Positions 27,323 through 42,422 of a DNA stretch of 64,000 bases are shown here, in pieces. The translations under genes and the position numbers were made by a program. Under the pieces are notes generated by a model. It was not told the DNA's origin. It ran no database searches and saw only the letters and a list, made by a program, of their open reading frames with translations. Position 1 is the stretch's first letter; every line of letters starts with the position of its first letter. The stretch is taken from assembly GCA_030650425.1 (NCBI GenBank), contig JAUSED010000009.1:223002-287001 (forward strand), given 5' to 3'. This DNA is from Candidatus Omnitrophota bacterium. GTDB lineage: Bacteria > Omnitrophota > Gorgyraeia > Gygaellales > Profunditerraquicolaceae.

Positions 27323-28528
27323 TTAAGCAATAATTTCTGTAACCACGCCTGCGCCTACGGTGTGCCCGCCTTCGCGGATAGCAAAACGCGATTCCTTTTC
27401 CATGGCAATGGGCGTAATTAATTCTACTTCAAAATTAACATTATCACCTGGCATAACCATTTCTACCCCCGTCGGAAGCGTTACATTTCCGGTAACATCG
27501 GTGGTGCGAAAATAGAATTGCGGCCTGTATCCCTTAAAGAACGGCGTATGCCTTCCACCTTCTTCTTTAGTTAAGATATAAACCTGGGCCTTGAATTTGG
27601 TATGAGGTGTGATGGACTTAGGAGCAGCAATAACCATACCGCGCTCGATATCACTCTTCTCAACGCCTCTTAAGAGCAACCCTACATTATCTCCGGCATG
27701 CCCTTCATCAAGTAGCTTACGGAACATTTCGATTCCGGTAACTACTGATTTCTTTACTTCAGGCCTTAGACCGATAATCTCAACTTCTTCACTAAGCTTT
27801 ACCTTGCCGCGCTCGATTCTTCCAGTGGCAACGGTACCTCTACCCTCAATACTGAATACGTCTTCAACCGCCATCAATAGAGGTTTATCCAAATCTCTAA
27901 CCGGTAAGGTAATAAAATCGTCGCAGGCTTTAATTAAATCTAAAATTGGCTTACAATCCGCGCTTGCAGGATCGTTCACTGCAGCCATTGCTTTAGAAGC
28001 GCTGCCACGGATAATCGGAGTTTTGTCTCCGGGATACCCATATTTAGTAAGTAATTCTCTGACTTCCATCTCAACTAGATCTAAAAGTTCATTATCCGTG
28101 ACTAAATCTACTTTGTTTAAAAACACGACCATGGAAGGAACATTAACCTGCCTTGCCAAAAGTATATGTTCTCTGGTCTGAGGCATAGGGCCGTCAACTG
28201 CGGAAACCACCAGAATAGCGCCATCCATTTGAGCGGCACCGGTGATCATATTCTTGATATAATCGGCGTGGCCTGGACAATCAATATGAGCGTAATGACG
28301 GCTATCTGATTCATACTCAACGTGGGCAACAGAAATAGTAACGGTCTTGGTTTCGTCTCTGACCGTTCCACCTTTAGCAATATCAGCATATGCCTTTGCG
28401 GTAGCCTTACCCAACTTAGCCGAAATATTAACAATAGCAGCAGTCAATGTCGTCTTACCGTGATCGATATGTCCGATAGTTCCGATGTTTACGTGTGGCT
28501 TACTCCTTACAAATTTCTCTTTAGCCAT
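27323..28528 (-). CDS. tuf: elongation factor Tu
   Basis: [22 protein letters not shown] GTPase motifs; 401 aa. Confidence 0.95.
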   Translation of the reverse strand: MAKEKFVRSKPHVNIGTIGHIDHGKTTLTAAIVNISAKLGKATAKAYADIAKGGTVRDETKTVTISVAHVEYESDSRHYAHIDCPGHADYIKNMITGAAQMDGAILVVSAVDGPMPQTREHILLARQVNVPSMVVFLNKVDLVTDNELLDLVEMEVRELLTKYGYPGDKTPIIRGSASKAMAAVNDPASADCKPILDLIKACDDFITLPVRDLDKPLLMAVEDVFSIEGRGTVATGRIERGKVKLSEEVEIIGLRPEVKKSVVTGIEMFRKLLDEGHAGDNVGLLLRGVEKSDIERGMVIAAPKSITPHTKFKAQVYILTKEEGGRHTPFFKGYRPQFYFRTTDVTGNVTLPTGVEMVMPGDNVNFEVELITPIAMEKESRFAIREGGHTVGAGVVTEIIA

Positions 28529-28543
28529 TTTTCCTCCTCTTTT

Positions 28544-30646
28544 TTAACGAAAACTTTTCCTCGTAGAACCGCTAGCTGCGTAACCCGTAACGATTTTTTC
28601 TGCTATATGTGCAGGCACTTCGGTATAAAACGAAGGCTCCATTGTATAGGATGCACGGCCTTGTGTCAAGGATCTTATTATAGTCGCGTAATTAAAAACT
28701 TCGGCTAACGGAATATTCGCTCTAATCGTCCGCAGGTTAAGACGCTGGGCGAGCGAGATTATCTTCGCCCGACGGGAACTTAAGTCCCCGATCACCTGCC
28801 CCATAAATTCTTCCGGTACGATTACTTCCATATCCATAATCGGCTCTAATAAAACTGGGCCGGCTTTTTTTAATCCCTCGTTAAAGGCGAGGGATCCGGC
28901 CATCTGAAAAGCTAATTCCGAAGAATCGACTTCATGGAATGACCCGTCAACCAGAATAACCTTTACGTCAGTAACCGGGTAACCTGCCAGCACTCCTGAT
29001 TTTGCCGCGCCAAAAACTCCCTGCTTTACCGCGGGAATAAATTCACGCGGAATAGCCCCGCTTTTTATTTTATCTTCAAAAGTAATCCCTGTCCCGGGAG
29101 TCTCTTGTGGTTCCATTTCAACAACGCAATGTCCGTACTGGCCCCGGCCACCGGACTGCGAAATGAATTTTCCTACTGCCCTTACCTTTTTTGTCAATGT
29201 CTCGCGATAGGCGACCTGCGGCTGGCCTACCTGGGCTTCAACATTAAATTCGCGCAAAATCCTGTCGATAATTATCTCCAGATGCAGCTGGCCCATCCCG
29301 GCAATCAGGGTTTGCCCGGTCTCCTGATTGTAAGTTACCCTAAAAGATGGATCTTCATCTTCAAGTTTATGCAGGGCAAGCCCGAGTTTCTCCTGCGCAT
29401 CTTTAGAAGCAGGCTCAATGGCCTGCTGAATAACCGGCTCGGGAAAACGCATCGCCTCAATTAATATATGATTATTTTCCGTACAAAGAGTCTCCCCTGT
29501 CTTGGTATCTTTTAATCCGACCAAAGCCGCGATCTCACCGCAAGAAACACTCTCGACAACTTCCTGCCGGTTAGCGTGCATTTTTACAATCTTGGTTACT
29601 CTCTCTCTTTCTCTTTTGGAAGCATTATATATATACGTACCTGAGCTTATAGTGCCTGAATATACCCTGATAAAAAATATTTTTCCTACGTAAGGATCTG
29701 TGGCTACCTTAAAACATAACGCGCAGAAAGGCGCTTTTTCCGAGGCCTTAATCTCTTCAAACTCGCCTGTCTCAGGATTGGTCCCTTTAATAGGAGGCAC
29801 ATCAATAGGAGAAGGAAGGTAATCCTTGACAGCATCCAGAACTAATTGTACTCCTTTATTCTTAAAAGCCGAACCACAGAGAACCGGAACAAATTTGTTG
29901 GCAATAACGCCCTTCCTTATAGCTTCTTTTAATACGGCTACAGGAATATCTTTACCGTGCAGATAATCTTCCATAATTTTATCGTCTACCTCGGCAAGCC
30001 TCTCAAGCATAATTGTCCGCTGTTTCTCTACTTCAGGCATTGCTTCAGCGGGAATATCCTTAATTTCAACTTCTTTACCTAAATCATCCTTAAAATAAAT
30101 CAGTTTCTTCTCGATTAAATCTATAATTCCTTTAAATTCCGCGTCTTTACCATACGGAAGCTGGATAGGCGCGGCATTAGTCCCCAGCCTCTTATGCATC
30201 TGGTCTATCGCCTCTAAGAAATTACTTCCTACCCTATCCATCTTATTCACGAAAGCAATCCTAGGCACGCCATAACGGTCGGCCTGGCGCCAGACTGTCT
30301 CTGACTGCGGCTCAACTCCGCCTACGCCGCAGAAAACTACGACAGCCCCGTCTAAAACCTTAAGCGATCTTTCTACTTCAATCGTAAAATCCACGTGGCC
30401 CGGGGTATCAATCAGGTTAATATGGATATCTTTCCAAGTGCAGGTGGTTGCGGCCGCGGTTATGGTAATACCTCTTTCCTGTTCCTGAACCATCCAATCC
30501 ATGGTCGCGGTCCCTTCGTGAACTTCTCCTAATTTATAATTTCTTCCAGTATAAAAAAGGACGCGCTCGCTGGTCGTAGTTTTACCGGCGTCAATGTGCG
30601 CGATAATCCCGATATTTCTAATTTTATCTAGGGGTATCTTTTCCAT
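28544..30646 (-). CDS. fusA: elongation factor G
   Basis: [18 protein letters not shown] GTPase motifs; 700 aa, five domains. Confidence 0.95.
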   Translation of the reverse strand: MEKIPLDKIRNIGIIAHIDAGKTTTSERVLFYTGRNYKLGEVHEGTATMDWMVQEQERGITITAAATTCTWKDIHINLIDTPGHVDFTIEVERSLKVLDGAVVVFCGVGGVEPQSETVWRQADRYGVPRIAFVNKMDRVGSNFLEAIDQMHKRLGTNAAPIQLPYGKDAEFKGIIDLIEKKLIYFKDDLGKEVEIKDIPAEAMPEVEKQRTIMLERLAEVDDKIMEDYLHGKDIPVAVLKEAIRKGVIANKFVPVLCGSAFKNKGVQLVLDAVKDYLPSPIDVPPIKGTNPETGEFEEIKASEKAPFCALCFKVATDPYVGKIFFIRVYSGTISSGTYIYNASKRERERVTKIVKMHANRQEVVESVSCGEIAALVGLKDTKTGETLCTENNHILIEAMRFPEPVIQQAIEPASKDAQEKLGLALHKLEDEDPSFRVTYNQETGQTLIAGMGQLHLEIIIDRILREFNVEAQVGQPQVAYRETLTKKVRAVGKFISQSGGRGQYGHCVVEMEPQETPGTGITFEDKIKSGAIPREFIPAVKQGVFGAAKSGVLAGYPVTDVKVILVDGSFHEVDSSELAFQMAGSLAFNEGLKKAGPVLLEPIMDMEVIVPEEFMGQVIGDLSSRRAKIISLAQRLNLRTIRANIPLAEVFNYATIIRSLTQGRASYTMEPSFYTEVPAHIAEKIVTGYAASGSTRKSFR

Positions 30647-30650
30647 TTTT

Positions 30651-31121
30651 TTACCAGCGGAAGTGGGCGAATGCTTTATTCGATTCAGCCATCTTATGCG
30701 TATCGTCTCTTTTCTTAATCACCGCGCCTTCTCCTTTATAGGCGGCAATAATCTCATCTGCCAATTTCTGGTCCATAGGCTTGCCTTTCTTATTCTGAGC
30801 AAAATCCCTTAACCAACGCAAGGCTATAGATGTGCCACGCTCCTGACGAACTTCAATAGGAACCTGATAAGTCGCGCCTCCTACCCTGCGCGGTTTTACC
30901 TCTAAACGCGGACGGGCGTTATCCAACGCTTTATAAAAAACTTTCAAGATGTCCTGCTCATTAAGATTCTTTTTGACAATTTCAAACGCGCCGTAAACTA
31001 TTTTCTCGGCAATCGCCTTCTTACCTTCAAGCATAACCATATTTACAAATTTAGCTACGATTTTACTGTTAAGTTTTGGATCTGGCAATACTACTTTTTC
31101 TTGAGCTTTTCTGCGTCTCAT
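30651..31121 (-). CDS. rpsG: 30S ribosomal protein S7
   Basis: S7 family; str operon position. Confidence 0.9.
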   Translation of the reverse strand: MRRRKAQEKVVLPDPKLNSKIVAKFVNMVMLEGKKAIAEKIVYGAFEIVKKNLNEQDILKVFYKALDNARPRLEVKPRRVGGATYQVPIEVRQERGTSIALRWLRDFAQNKKGKPMDQKLADEIIAAYKGEGAVIKKRDDTHKMAESNKAFAHFRW

Positions 31122-31489
31122 TTAGGCCTCTTTGCTCCGTATTTTGAACGTCCCCTTCTTCTCTGGTTAACCCCTGAGGCATCCAATGTGCCTCTTACAA
31201 TATGATATCTTACGCCTGGTAAATCCTTAACTCGACCGCCTCTAACTAAAACTATGGAATGCTCCTGAAGGTTATGCCCCTCTCCAGGTATGTAAGCGGT
31301 AACTTCTATCCCGGTAGTCAGCCTGACTCTGGCAATTTTACGTAAAGCAGAATTCGGTTTCTTGGGTGTCATCGTACGCACCTGTAAACAAACCCCGCGC
31401 CTCTGAGGGCAAGCCTTTAAAGCCGGCGACTTGCTCTTCTTTTTTTTGGAAACCCTTCCGAACCTGATCAACTGCGAAATTGTGGGCAT
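31118..31489 (-). CDS. rpsL: 30S ribosomal protein S12
   Basis: [12 protein letters not shown]...[10 protein letters not shown]... is S12. Confidence 0.95.
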   Translation of the reverse strand: MPTISQLIRFGRVSKKKKSKSPALKACPQRRGVCLQVRTMTPKKPNSALRKIARVRLTTGIEVTAYIPGEGHNLQEHSIVLVRGGRVKDLPGVRYHIVRGTLDASGVNQRRRGRSKYGAKRPK

Positions 31490-31493
31490 ATGT

Positions 31494-35503
<4,010 letters not shown>

Positions 35504-35504
<1 letters not shown>

Positions 35505-38500
35505 TATTTTGCCTTTTCTGTCCGGATATCCAGACCTAAGCCTTGAAGTTCCTTGATTAAAACATTGAATGATTCAGGTGTACCGTGAGTTAGACGCTGT
35601 TCTCCCTTAACAATCGCTTCGTAAATTCTGGTCCTCCCCGCAACATCGTCGCTCTTTACGGTTAACATTTCCTGCAAAGTGAAAGCTGCGCCATACGCCT
35701 CTAATGCCCAAACTTCCATTTCTCCTAATCTTTGTCCGCCAAACTGAGCCTTACCGCCTAATGGCTGCTGAGTAACCAAAGAATAGGGGCCAATGGAACG
35801 GGCGTGTATCTTTTCATCAACTAAATGAATGAGCTTCATCACATACATATAACCTATGGTAACCTTATGGTCGAAGGGTTCGCCGCTATAGCCATCGTAT
35901 AATTGAATTTTTCCGTCTTCAGGTAATCCTGCTTTCTGAAGCATCTCTTTAATTTCTTTCTCGGTGGCACCGTCAAAAACCGGAGTGCCGACATAAAGGC
36001 CGAGCGTTTTAACCGCCCAACCCAAATGACATTCCAGAATCTGTCCCACGTTCATACGTGAGGGTACGCCTAAGGGGTTTAAAACTACCTCCACTGGTGT
36101 GCCATCCGGTAAATACGGCATATCCTCTTCCGGCATTATTCTGGCAACCACACCCTTATTTCCGTGCCTGCCGGCTAACTTATCTCCTTCAGCAAGCCTG
36201 CGCTTAGTAGCAATATAGACTACTACTCTTTTTAAAACGCCGGCTGGAAGCTCATCTCCGCGCCGAACCTTCTCGATCTCCTGTTCCTGCTCAGAGAGTA
36301 ATTCCTGAACCTGCTCATCAAATGAAGCAGCTAAAATTTTGGCTTCTTCATTATCGTTAAAATCAAATTTTTCAACTTTCTTCTTATCAATACCTAGAAG
36401 CTGGGCGAGACGGGCGATTTTTTCGGTCTGCACAAATTCTACTTCTTGTTTATAGTAGGCTTTTAATTCACGGATTTTAGCTAATTCCTTAGTCTTCTCT
36501 TCCTTAGATTTTCTGCCGCGATCCTTGCGTGAAAAAACATGCACATCTATGACTACTCCCTGCACGCCCGGCGGAACGATTAAAGAAGTATCCCGCACAT
36601 CGCCGGCTTTTTCTCCGAATATAGCCCTTAAAAGCCGTTCCTCGGGAGAAGGTTCGGAATCAGTCTTCGGCGTAATTTTACCGGCTAATATGTCTCCTGG
36701 ATTAACTTCCGCTCCGAGGCGGATAATCCCGGTTTCATCCAGATTCGCTAATGCTTCTTCGCTGACATTCGGGATATCGCGGGTGATTTCTTCGTTACCT
36801 AACCGGGTTTCCGTTGCCTCAATTTCAAATTCTTCTATATGGATAGAAGTAAAAGCGTCTTCTTTCACCAATTTTTCACTAATCAGAATAGCATCTTCAA
36901 AATTATAGCCGCGCCAAGGCATAAACGCGACTAAGACATTCTTGCCTAAGGCCAATTCTCCCCCCTTAGTAGCAATACCATCAGCAATCACTTCTCCCTG
37001 CTCAATCCTATCTCCGAGTTTGACAATCGGCCTCTGATTAAGACAAGTGTCATTATTCGTGCGTAAAAATTTCATTAAATGATAAATTTTTTTCCCTATG
37101 GTAATGGAAGAGGCATCAATACTGGTAACCTTGCCTGAGTCTTCCGCGACCAGTACAGTCCCGGAATCGCGGGCGACTTTTTCCTCCATCAGCGTCCCGA
37201 CTAAAGGCGGCTCGGTAATCATCAGGGGCACGCCCTGTCTTTGCATATTTGAACCCATCAGCGCGCGGTTAGCATCATCATGCTCTAAGAACGGGATCAA
37301 AGAAGCGGCCACAGAAACTAATTGTTTTGGAGAAACATCCATATATTGCACCTGCTTAGCCGGAATTTTCGGGAAATCATTTTTGTAACGGCAGGATATC
37401 TCTTTTTCTACAAAATAGCCACTTTCATCCAAAGGAACGTTGGCTTGGGCAATAATCATATCTTCCTCGATATCCGCGGTTAAGTATTCCACCTTTTTGG
37501 AGACCTTCCCGTCTTCAACCTTCCGGTAAGGCGTCTCAATCAAGCCCAAAGAATTCACTCTGGCAAAAGTACTTAAAGACGCGATTAAACCGATATTCGG
37601 ACCTTCGGGAGTTTCAATCGGGCAAACCCGGCCATAGTGCGAAGGATGGATATCTCTTACTTCAAAACCTGCGCGCTCGCGGGATAAGCCGCCCGGGCCT
37701 AAAGCGCTTAGGCGCCTCTTGTGCGTCATCTCGGCTAAGGGATTAATCTGGTCCATAAACTGGGATAACTGGCTGCGGCCAAAGAAATCACGGATCTGAT
37801 TGGATAGTAATTTGGAATTGATCAGGTAATGCACGTTAATATTATCGAATTCACTCAATATGCTTAATCTTTCGCGGATTGACCGCTCTACGCGCGATAA
37901 ACCGATGCGTACCTGATTCTGCACCAACTCACCGACCGTCTTAACCCTGCGGTTTCCCAAATGGTCAATATCGTCTATTTTTCCAATACCGGATTTTAAA
38001 TTAATCAAATACTCTATTACTTTAATTATAGTATCGGAATCAAGGATCCTCTTATCAAGCGAAACATCCATGCCTAATTTTCTATTCAGGATAAATCTTC
38101 CTGCCCGCTCTAAATCGTAACGCGCCGTGTCAAAAAATAACCTGTAGAATAAAGCCTCGGCCGCCTCTTTAGTCACCGGTTCGGTAGGACGCATCTTGCG
38201 GTAAAAATCCATATAGGCTTCTTCTTTATTTTTAGTATAATCTTTTTTTAGGGTATTGGTAATCTCGGGGTATTCTTTGCCGAACGCGGCGATGATATCT
38301 TTATCTTCGGAAAAACCTAAAATTCTTAAGATCTGTGTTGCGGGAAAATTTCTGCGGCGGTCAACATAAGCCAAAATTGTTTCGGTCAGGTCGTATTTAA
38401 ATTCCAGCCAAGCTCCGCGGTAGGGAATCACTCTGCCGTAAAAAATCTTTTTTCCGGTAGGATGAAGCTCTTCTTCGAAAGAAACTCCGGGAGAACGCTG

Positions 38501-38908
38501 CAATTGGCTAACCACCACGCGTTCATCACCGTTAATAATAAAGGTACCTGTCTGGGTCATTAAGGGTAACTCTCCGAAGTAGGCGTCCTGCTCTTTAGTC
38601 TCTTTAGGAGTGGTCAGGCGAAATTTTACTTTAAGAGGGAGGGCATGCGAAAGACTCCTTGTTTTAGATTCAGCCAGGTTGTATTTCGGCTTACCCAAAG
38701 TATAGCTGATAAATTCAAGTTTCACAGCGCGGTTCGGGCTTTCAATAGGAAAGATCTCTTCGAAAACCTCCTGCAGCCCCTGATGCTTTCTTTCGCCCGG
38801 CTTGGCATCTAACTGTAGAAATTCGTGGTAAGCCTCCAGCTGAACATCTAAAAGATTAGGTATATTATAGACTTCTTTGATCTTGGCAAAGCTTTTACGT
38901 TTTATCAT
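35504..38908 (-). CDS. rpoB: DNA-directed RNA polymerase subunit beta; start corrected to the internal Met
   Basis: The RpoB family runs from [23 protein letters not shown]... The 26 upstream codons of the ORF-track model translate the conserved intergenic element B. Confidence 0.9.
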
Positions 38909-38937
38909 ATTTTTCCGCTTATCTAGCTGCCAGCACG

Positions 38938-38986
38938 TATCTTGTCGTGGGACAGTCCCCTGCGGGGACAGTCCCCCTACTGGCAA
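38938..38986. repeat. Family-B element (copy 1, with an internal 17-bp duplication) between rplL and rpoB
   Basis: gtatcttgtcgtgggacagtcccctgcggggacagtccccctactggcaa; shares tatcttgtcgtgggacagtcc...ctactggcaa with 40724-40754; contains two GGACaGTCC palindromic cores. Confidence 0.7.
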
Positions 38987-38994
38987 TAGGGTTT

Positions 38995-39384
38995 TTATTT
39001 TAGCTCTACGGTGGCTCCGGCTGTTTCAAGCTTCTTCTTTATCTCTTCAGCCTCTTCTTTGGTCGCGCCTTCTTTAATCGGCTTAGGCGCTCCGTCAACT
39101 AAATCTTTGGCTTCTTTTAATCCGAGATTAGTGATCGTGCGCACTTCTTTGATTACAGCGATTTTGCTTGCGCCTGCGCTAGTCAAGACTACCGTAAAGG
39201 TAGATTTCTCTTCAACAGCAGCTGCACCAGCTCCGGCTGCGGCTCCACCTGCAGGAGCAGCCATCATCGGCATATTCGCCTTAACCCCGAACTTCTCTTC
39301 AAGGGCCTTGACTAAATCCGCAAGTTCCAAAACAGTCAACCCCTCGATTGATTTGATCATTTCGTCTAATTTTACACTAGCCAT
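38995..39384 (-). CDS. rplL: 50S ribosomal protein L7/L12
   Basis: Ala-rich hinge and C-terminal domain ...[28 protein letters not shown]... Confidence 0.95.
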   Translation of the reverse strand: MASVKLDEMIKSIEGLTVLELADLVKALEEKFGVKANMPMMAAPAGGAAAGAGAAAVEEKSTFTVVLTSAGASKIAVIKEVRTITNLGLKEAKDLVDGAPKPIKEGATKEEAEEIKKKLETAGATVELK

Positions 39385-39397
39385 TTCCTTCCTCCTT

Positions 39398-39481
39398 AAT
39401 GAGCGCTTGACTTACGAACACGCCAGTGTGAGTAAGTCAATGCGCGAATTAACCCAGCCCTTGCATGCAAGGGCTGGGTCA
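39398..39481. repeat. ~85-bp two-hairpin structured element (family C, copy 2) filling the rplJ-rplL intergenic region
   Basis: aatgagcgcttgacttacgaacacgccagtgtgagtaagtcaatgcgcgaattaacccagcccttgcatgcaagggctgggtcatt; the second hairpin is a perfect 22-bp palindrome. Confidence 0.7.
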
Positions 39482-40009
39482 TTACTTAATGTTTTTTTGT
39501 TTTATCTGATCCAAGCAAATAACAAATTTCGCCAATACCTGATTTAGCGTTATAACTAAACCTGATATCGGAGAATTTAATGCCCCGACTACCTGAGCGC
39601 GTAAAACTTCCTTTGAGGGAAGTTTGGACATATATTCTATATCTTTCTTTTCAATGATTTTATCTTTTAAAGTGCCGCCTTCCAGTTTTAATTGTTCGTG
39701 CTCCTTGGTAAAATTGCATAAAACCTGGGATGCGGCTACCGGCTCGTCTTTGATAAAGACCAGGCCGCAAGGGCCGTCAATATTCTTAAGCAAAGGCTCC
39801 AAGCTCGAATCTTTTAATGCCCTGCGGGCAACGCTATTCTTAACCACAAATAAAGAAGCGCGTGAGCTTCTTAATGTCAGCCTTAACGAACAAAGGTCCG
39901 GGCTGGACACCCCGGAGTATTTAACGATAAATACCGCGTCGGAATCTTTCAATGTGCTCTTGATGCGGTTCTCTGAAGCCTCTTTAAATATTAATCCTAT
40001 TTTTTTCAT
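39482..40009 (-). CDS. rplJ: 50S ribosomal protein L10
   Basis: L10 family; position between rplA and rplL. Confidence 0.9.
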   Translation of the reverse strand: MKKIGLIFKEASENRIKSTLKDSDAVFIVKYSGVSSPDLCSLRLTLRSSRASLFVVKNSVARRALKDSSLEPLLKNIDGPCGLVFIKDEPVAASQVLCNFTKEHEQLKLEGGTLKDKIIEKKDIEYMSKLPSKEVLRAQVVGALNSPISGLVITLNQVLAKFVICLDQIKQKNIK

Positions 40010-40012
40010 TTT

Positions 40013-40693
40013 TTACACCGCTAAGGTTAACCCCGGATTCATGGAAGCGGTAATCGAAAGGCTCTTGACAAATTTACCCTTGACCGAGCCCGGCTTGGCC
40101 TCATTTAACGCTTCGATCACCCGTGAAGCATTATCATACAATTGATCTTCGCTAAAAGAACTCTTACCTACCGAAAGATGCACCCCTGCCTGCTTGTCAA
40201 CACGAAATTCTACTTTACCTTTCTTTACGTCTTCAATCGCTTTCAATATATCGTTGGTAACGGTTCCGGTTTTGGGACTGGGCATCAGCCCGCGCGGCCC
40301 TAAAACCTTGCCTAATTTGCTTAAATCTTTCATCATCTCAGGAGTAGCGATAGCGCAGTCAAAATTCAGGAATCCGCCGGCGACTTTATCAATTAGATCC
40401 AAACCTCCGACGTAATCCGCGTTGGCTGTGCGAGCGATCTTCTCATGTTCGCCTTTACAGAAAACCGCGACGCGAATCTTTTTTCCGGTGCCATGCGGCA
40501 AGATTACCGTTCCGCGGACCATTTGGTCGCTCTTCTTAGTATCTACGCTCAAATGAAAATGCAGGTCCACCGAACTGTCAAATTTTGTGAGAGCCATCTT
40601 CTTAATCAGAGCGATGGCCTCTTTAAGTTGATATACTTTTTTTCTATCCAGTACTTTCTCTGATTCCTTATACCTCTTGCTGCGAATTTTCAT
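40013..40693 (-). CDS. rplA: 50S ribosomal protein L1
   Basis: L1 family ...GTVILPHGTGKKIRVAVF... Confidence 0.9.
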   Translation of the reverse strand: MKIRSKRYKESEKVLDRKKVYQLKEAIALIKKMALTKFDSSVDLHFHLSVDTKKSDQMVRGTVILPHGTGKKIRVAVFCKGEHEKIARTANADYVGGLDLIDKVAGGFLNFDCAIATPEMMKDLSKLGKVLGPRGLMPSPKTGTVTNDILKAIEDVKKGKVEFRVDKQAGVHLSVGKSSFSEDQLYDNASRVIEALNEAKPGSVKGKFVKSLSITASMNPGLTLAV

Positions 40694-40723
40694 TCCTCTA
40701 TCTCCCGCTACTCATACTTATCT

Positions 40724-40754
40724 TGTCGTGGGACAGTCCACTACTGGCAACGCT
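40724..40754. repeat. Family-B element (copy 2) between rplK and rplA
   Basis: tatcttgtcgtgggacagtccactactggcaa; one GGACaGTCC core. Confidence 0.7.
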
Positions 40755-40756
40755 AG

Positions 40757-41185
40757 CTAACCCTCTACTACTATTCCCATAGAGCGAGCTGTACCTGCAA
40801 TGACCTTCATTGCCTGAGCCATATCCGCAGTGTTTAAATCTGACATCTTCTGCTTGGCGATCTCTTCGACCTGTTTTTTAGTTACCTTGCCGATAATTTC
40901 CTTGCCGCTTATCCCGGAGGCCTTGGCTAAATTAGCCGCGCGTTTTAAAAGAACCGAAGATGGCGGACTCTTGATAATAAATGAAAACGTCCTATCGTCA
41001 TACACACTGATCACTACGGGCAGAATCAGACCGTCCCTCCCTTTGGTCTGGTCATTAAACTGCTTACAGAACTGCATAATGTTTACGCCATGCTGTCCTA
41101 GTGCCGGACCTACCGGAGGCGCGGGGTTTGCCTGAGCCGCCGGAACGTGAAGCTTAATTTGCGCTTTGATCGCTTTTTTCGCCAT
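40757..41185 (-). CDS. rplK: 50S ribosomal protein L11 (start corrected: ATG 2 nt after the nusG stop; the ORF-track model starts at an upstream TTG)
   Basis: [39 protein letters not shown]... is L11. Confidence 0.9.
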   Translation of the reverse strand: MAKKAIKAQIKLHVPAAQANPAPPVGPALGQHGVNIMQFCKQFNDQTKGRDGLILPVVISVYDDRTFSFIIKSPPSSVLLKRAANLAKASGISGKEIIGKVTKKQVEEIAKQKMSDLNTADMAQAMKVIAGTARSMGIVVEG

Positions 41186-41187
41186 AT

Positions 41188-41715
41188 TTATACCTTTTCC
41201 ACCTGCCAATATTCCAACTCCACCGGAGTTGAGCGCCCAAAAATTGAAACGCTTACCTTAATCTTTCCCTTTTCCGGATGTATCTCATCGATTGTTCCGT
41301 TAAAATTCTGGAATGGGCCTTCGGTAACCCTTACCTGCTCGCCTTTCTCAAAAACAATCTTGGGACTGGGCTTAACTTGGGTATCTTTTGTCTTCTTTAA
41401 AATATTATCTACCTCGCTTTGCGGCAGGGGCATAGGCTTTTTGCCTAAACCAATGAATCCGGTAACTCCGGGAGAACTTTTCACGAATAAATAAGTCTGC
41501 TCGGTCAGTTCCATCTCAACCAATAGATAACCGGGAAAGAACTTCCTTTGAGAAATCTTCTTCTTCCCAGACCTGACTTCAGAGACCTGCTCGGTAGGGA
41601 TAATCACGCTTGAGATAGATTCCTGCAACCCGCTGGCAGAAATCTTATTCTCCAAGGATGTCTTTACTTTATCTTCTAAACCTGTTTGCGTGTGAACTAC
41701 GTACCAGTTCTTCAT
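41188..41715 (-). CDS. nusG: transcription termination/antitermination factor NusG
   Basis: NGN domain ([14 protein letters not shown]) plus C-terminal KOW domain. Confidence 0.9.
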   Translation of the reverse strand: MKNWYVVHTQTGLEDKVKTSLENKISASGLQESISSVIIPTEQVSEVRSGKKKISQRKFFPGYLLVEMELTEQTYLFVKSSPGVTGFIGLGKKPMPLPQSEVDNILKKTKDTQVKPSPKIVFEKGEQVRVTEGPFQNFNGTIDEIHPEKGKIKVSVSIFGRSTPVELEYWQVEKV

Positions 41716-41906
41716 TATTTAAATAAAAGGCTTAATAATTTGGAAAGGAACATATCGAGCACTCCGATAAAAATACCCAATATCAAAGTAACTACGATAA
41801 CTACCATTGTGGAGGCCAATAATTCCTCCCGCGTACTCCAGGCGACCTTTCCTAACTCTACCCTTACCTCTTTGATAAAATTTATTGGTTTTGCTATTAT
41901 ATTCAT
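41715..41906 (-). CDS. secE: preprotein translocase subunit SecE
   Basis: 63 aa with a single C-terminal TM; ...EVRVELGKVAWSTREEL... is SecE. Confidence 0.85.
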   Translation of the reverse strand: MNIIAKPINFIKEVRVELGKVAWSTREELLASTMVVIVVTLILGIFIGVLDMFLSKLLSLLFK

Positions 41907-41940
41907 TAATCTCCCGCTTATCTCTACCGCTTTAAAAATA

Positions 41941-42011
41941 CAGGAGCGGCAGGACTTGAACCTGCAGTCACGGTTTTGGAGACCGTTGGTTTGCCATTAA
42001 CCGACGCCCCT
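41941..42011 (-). tRNA. tRNA-Trp (anticodon CCA); not in the ORF track
   Basis: Minus-strand sequence AGGGGCGUCGGUUAAUGGCAAACCAACGGUCUCCAAAACCGUGACUGCAGGUUCAAGUCCUGCCGCUCCUG. The 7-bp acceptor stem, anticodon loop CUCCAAA and T-arm GGUUCAAGUCC fold as a cloverleaf. No encoded CCA. Confidence 0.8.
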
Positions 42012-42018
42012 ATCAAAC

Positions 42019-42168
42019 TCATTTTGTTTCTTTATGCGGGGTATGCTTATGACAGGACTGACAAAACTTGCTTATCTCTAAACGGTCCTGATGCAGTTTT
42101 TTATTTTTTGTCGTCGTATAATTTCTATTCTTGCAAACCGTACACTCTAATGTGATTATCTCGCGCAT
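42019..42168 (-). CDS. rpmG: 50S ribosomal protein L33 (49 aa); not in the ORF track
   Basis: Manual minus-strand translation: [49 protein letters not shown]; zinc-ribbon L33 pattern; canonical location between tRNA-Thr and tRNA-Trp upstream of secE. Confidence 0.85.
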   Translation of the reverse strand: MREIITLECTVCKNRNYTTTKNKKLHQDRLEISKFCQSCHKHTPHKETK

Positions 42169-42178
42169 AGTTCTAATA

Positions 42179-42251
42179 AGCTGGAGACGAGAATTGAACT
42201 CGTGACCCCGTCCTTACCAAGGACGTGCTCTGCCAACTGAGCTACTCCAGC
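42179..42251 (-). tRNA. tRNA-Thr (anticodon GGU); not in the ORF track
   Basis: Minus-strand GCUGGAGUAGCUCAGUUGGCAGAGCACGUCCUUGGUAAGGACGGGGUCACGAGUUCAAUUCUCGUCUCCAGCU; canonical D-loop, anticodon loop UUGGUAA, T-loop GUUCAAUUC. Confidence 0.85.
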
Positions 42252-42393
42252 GTACTCTTTATAATTTTATCGCCGGAGGAAGAATCCCGAAAATAAAAAA
42301 AATCCATCCAAGAATTCCTGAGAAATTCTTTTATTTTTATTCTTTTTCCTTAAACTAAAGTTATTATAGCACCTTGACTTACGTGAGCAATAA

Positions 42394-42422
42394 AATATAT
42401 ACTAAATCGGCAGGTTTGTCAA
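42394..42422 (-). promoter_or_regulatory. candidate sigma-70 promoter for the tRNA-Thr/rpmG/tRNA-Trp/secE/nusG transcription unit
   Basis: Minus strand TTGACA (42422-42417), 17-nt spacer, TATATT (42399-42394); a possible second -10 TATAAT at 42368-42363; A-rich UP-like region downstream of ksgA. Confidence 0.4.

Noticed and set aside
27609-28181. Plus-strand ORFs overlapping minus-strand core genes (e.g. 190 aa inside tuf; 39011-39547 over rplL/rplJ; 62613-63269 inside smc; 4681-5019 inside lpdA; many others in the track)
   Set aside because: They lie antisense to highly conserved genes, have low-complexity S/P/L-rich translations and no recognisable domains. They are shadow ORFs, expected by chance in long antisense stretches.
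38909-38986. N-terminal 26 codons of the ORF-track rpoB model; likewise alaS codons 1-27 (58765-58845), the yajC upstream extension (49567-49620), rplK TTG-start extension (41186-41209), pilT TTG-start extension (9403-9429)
   Set aside because: The upstream segments overlap conserved non-coding elements or neighbouring genes and lack homology. Canonical N-termini with Shine-Dalgarno sequences are found at internal ATGs.
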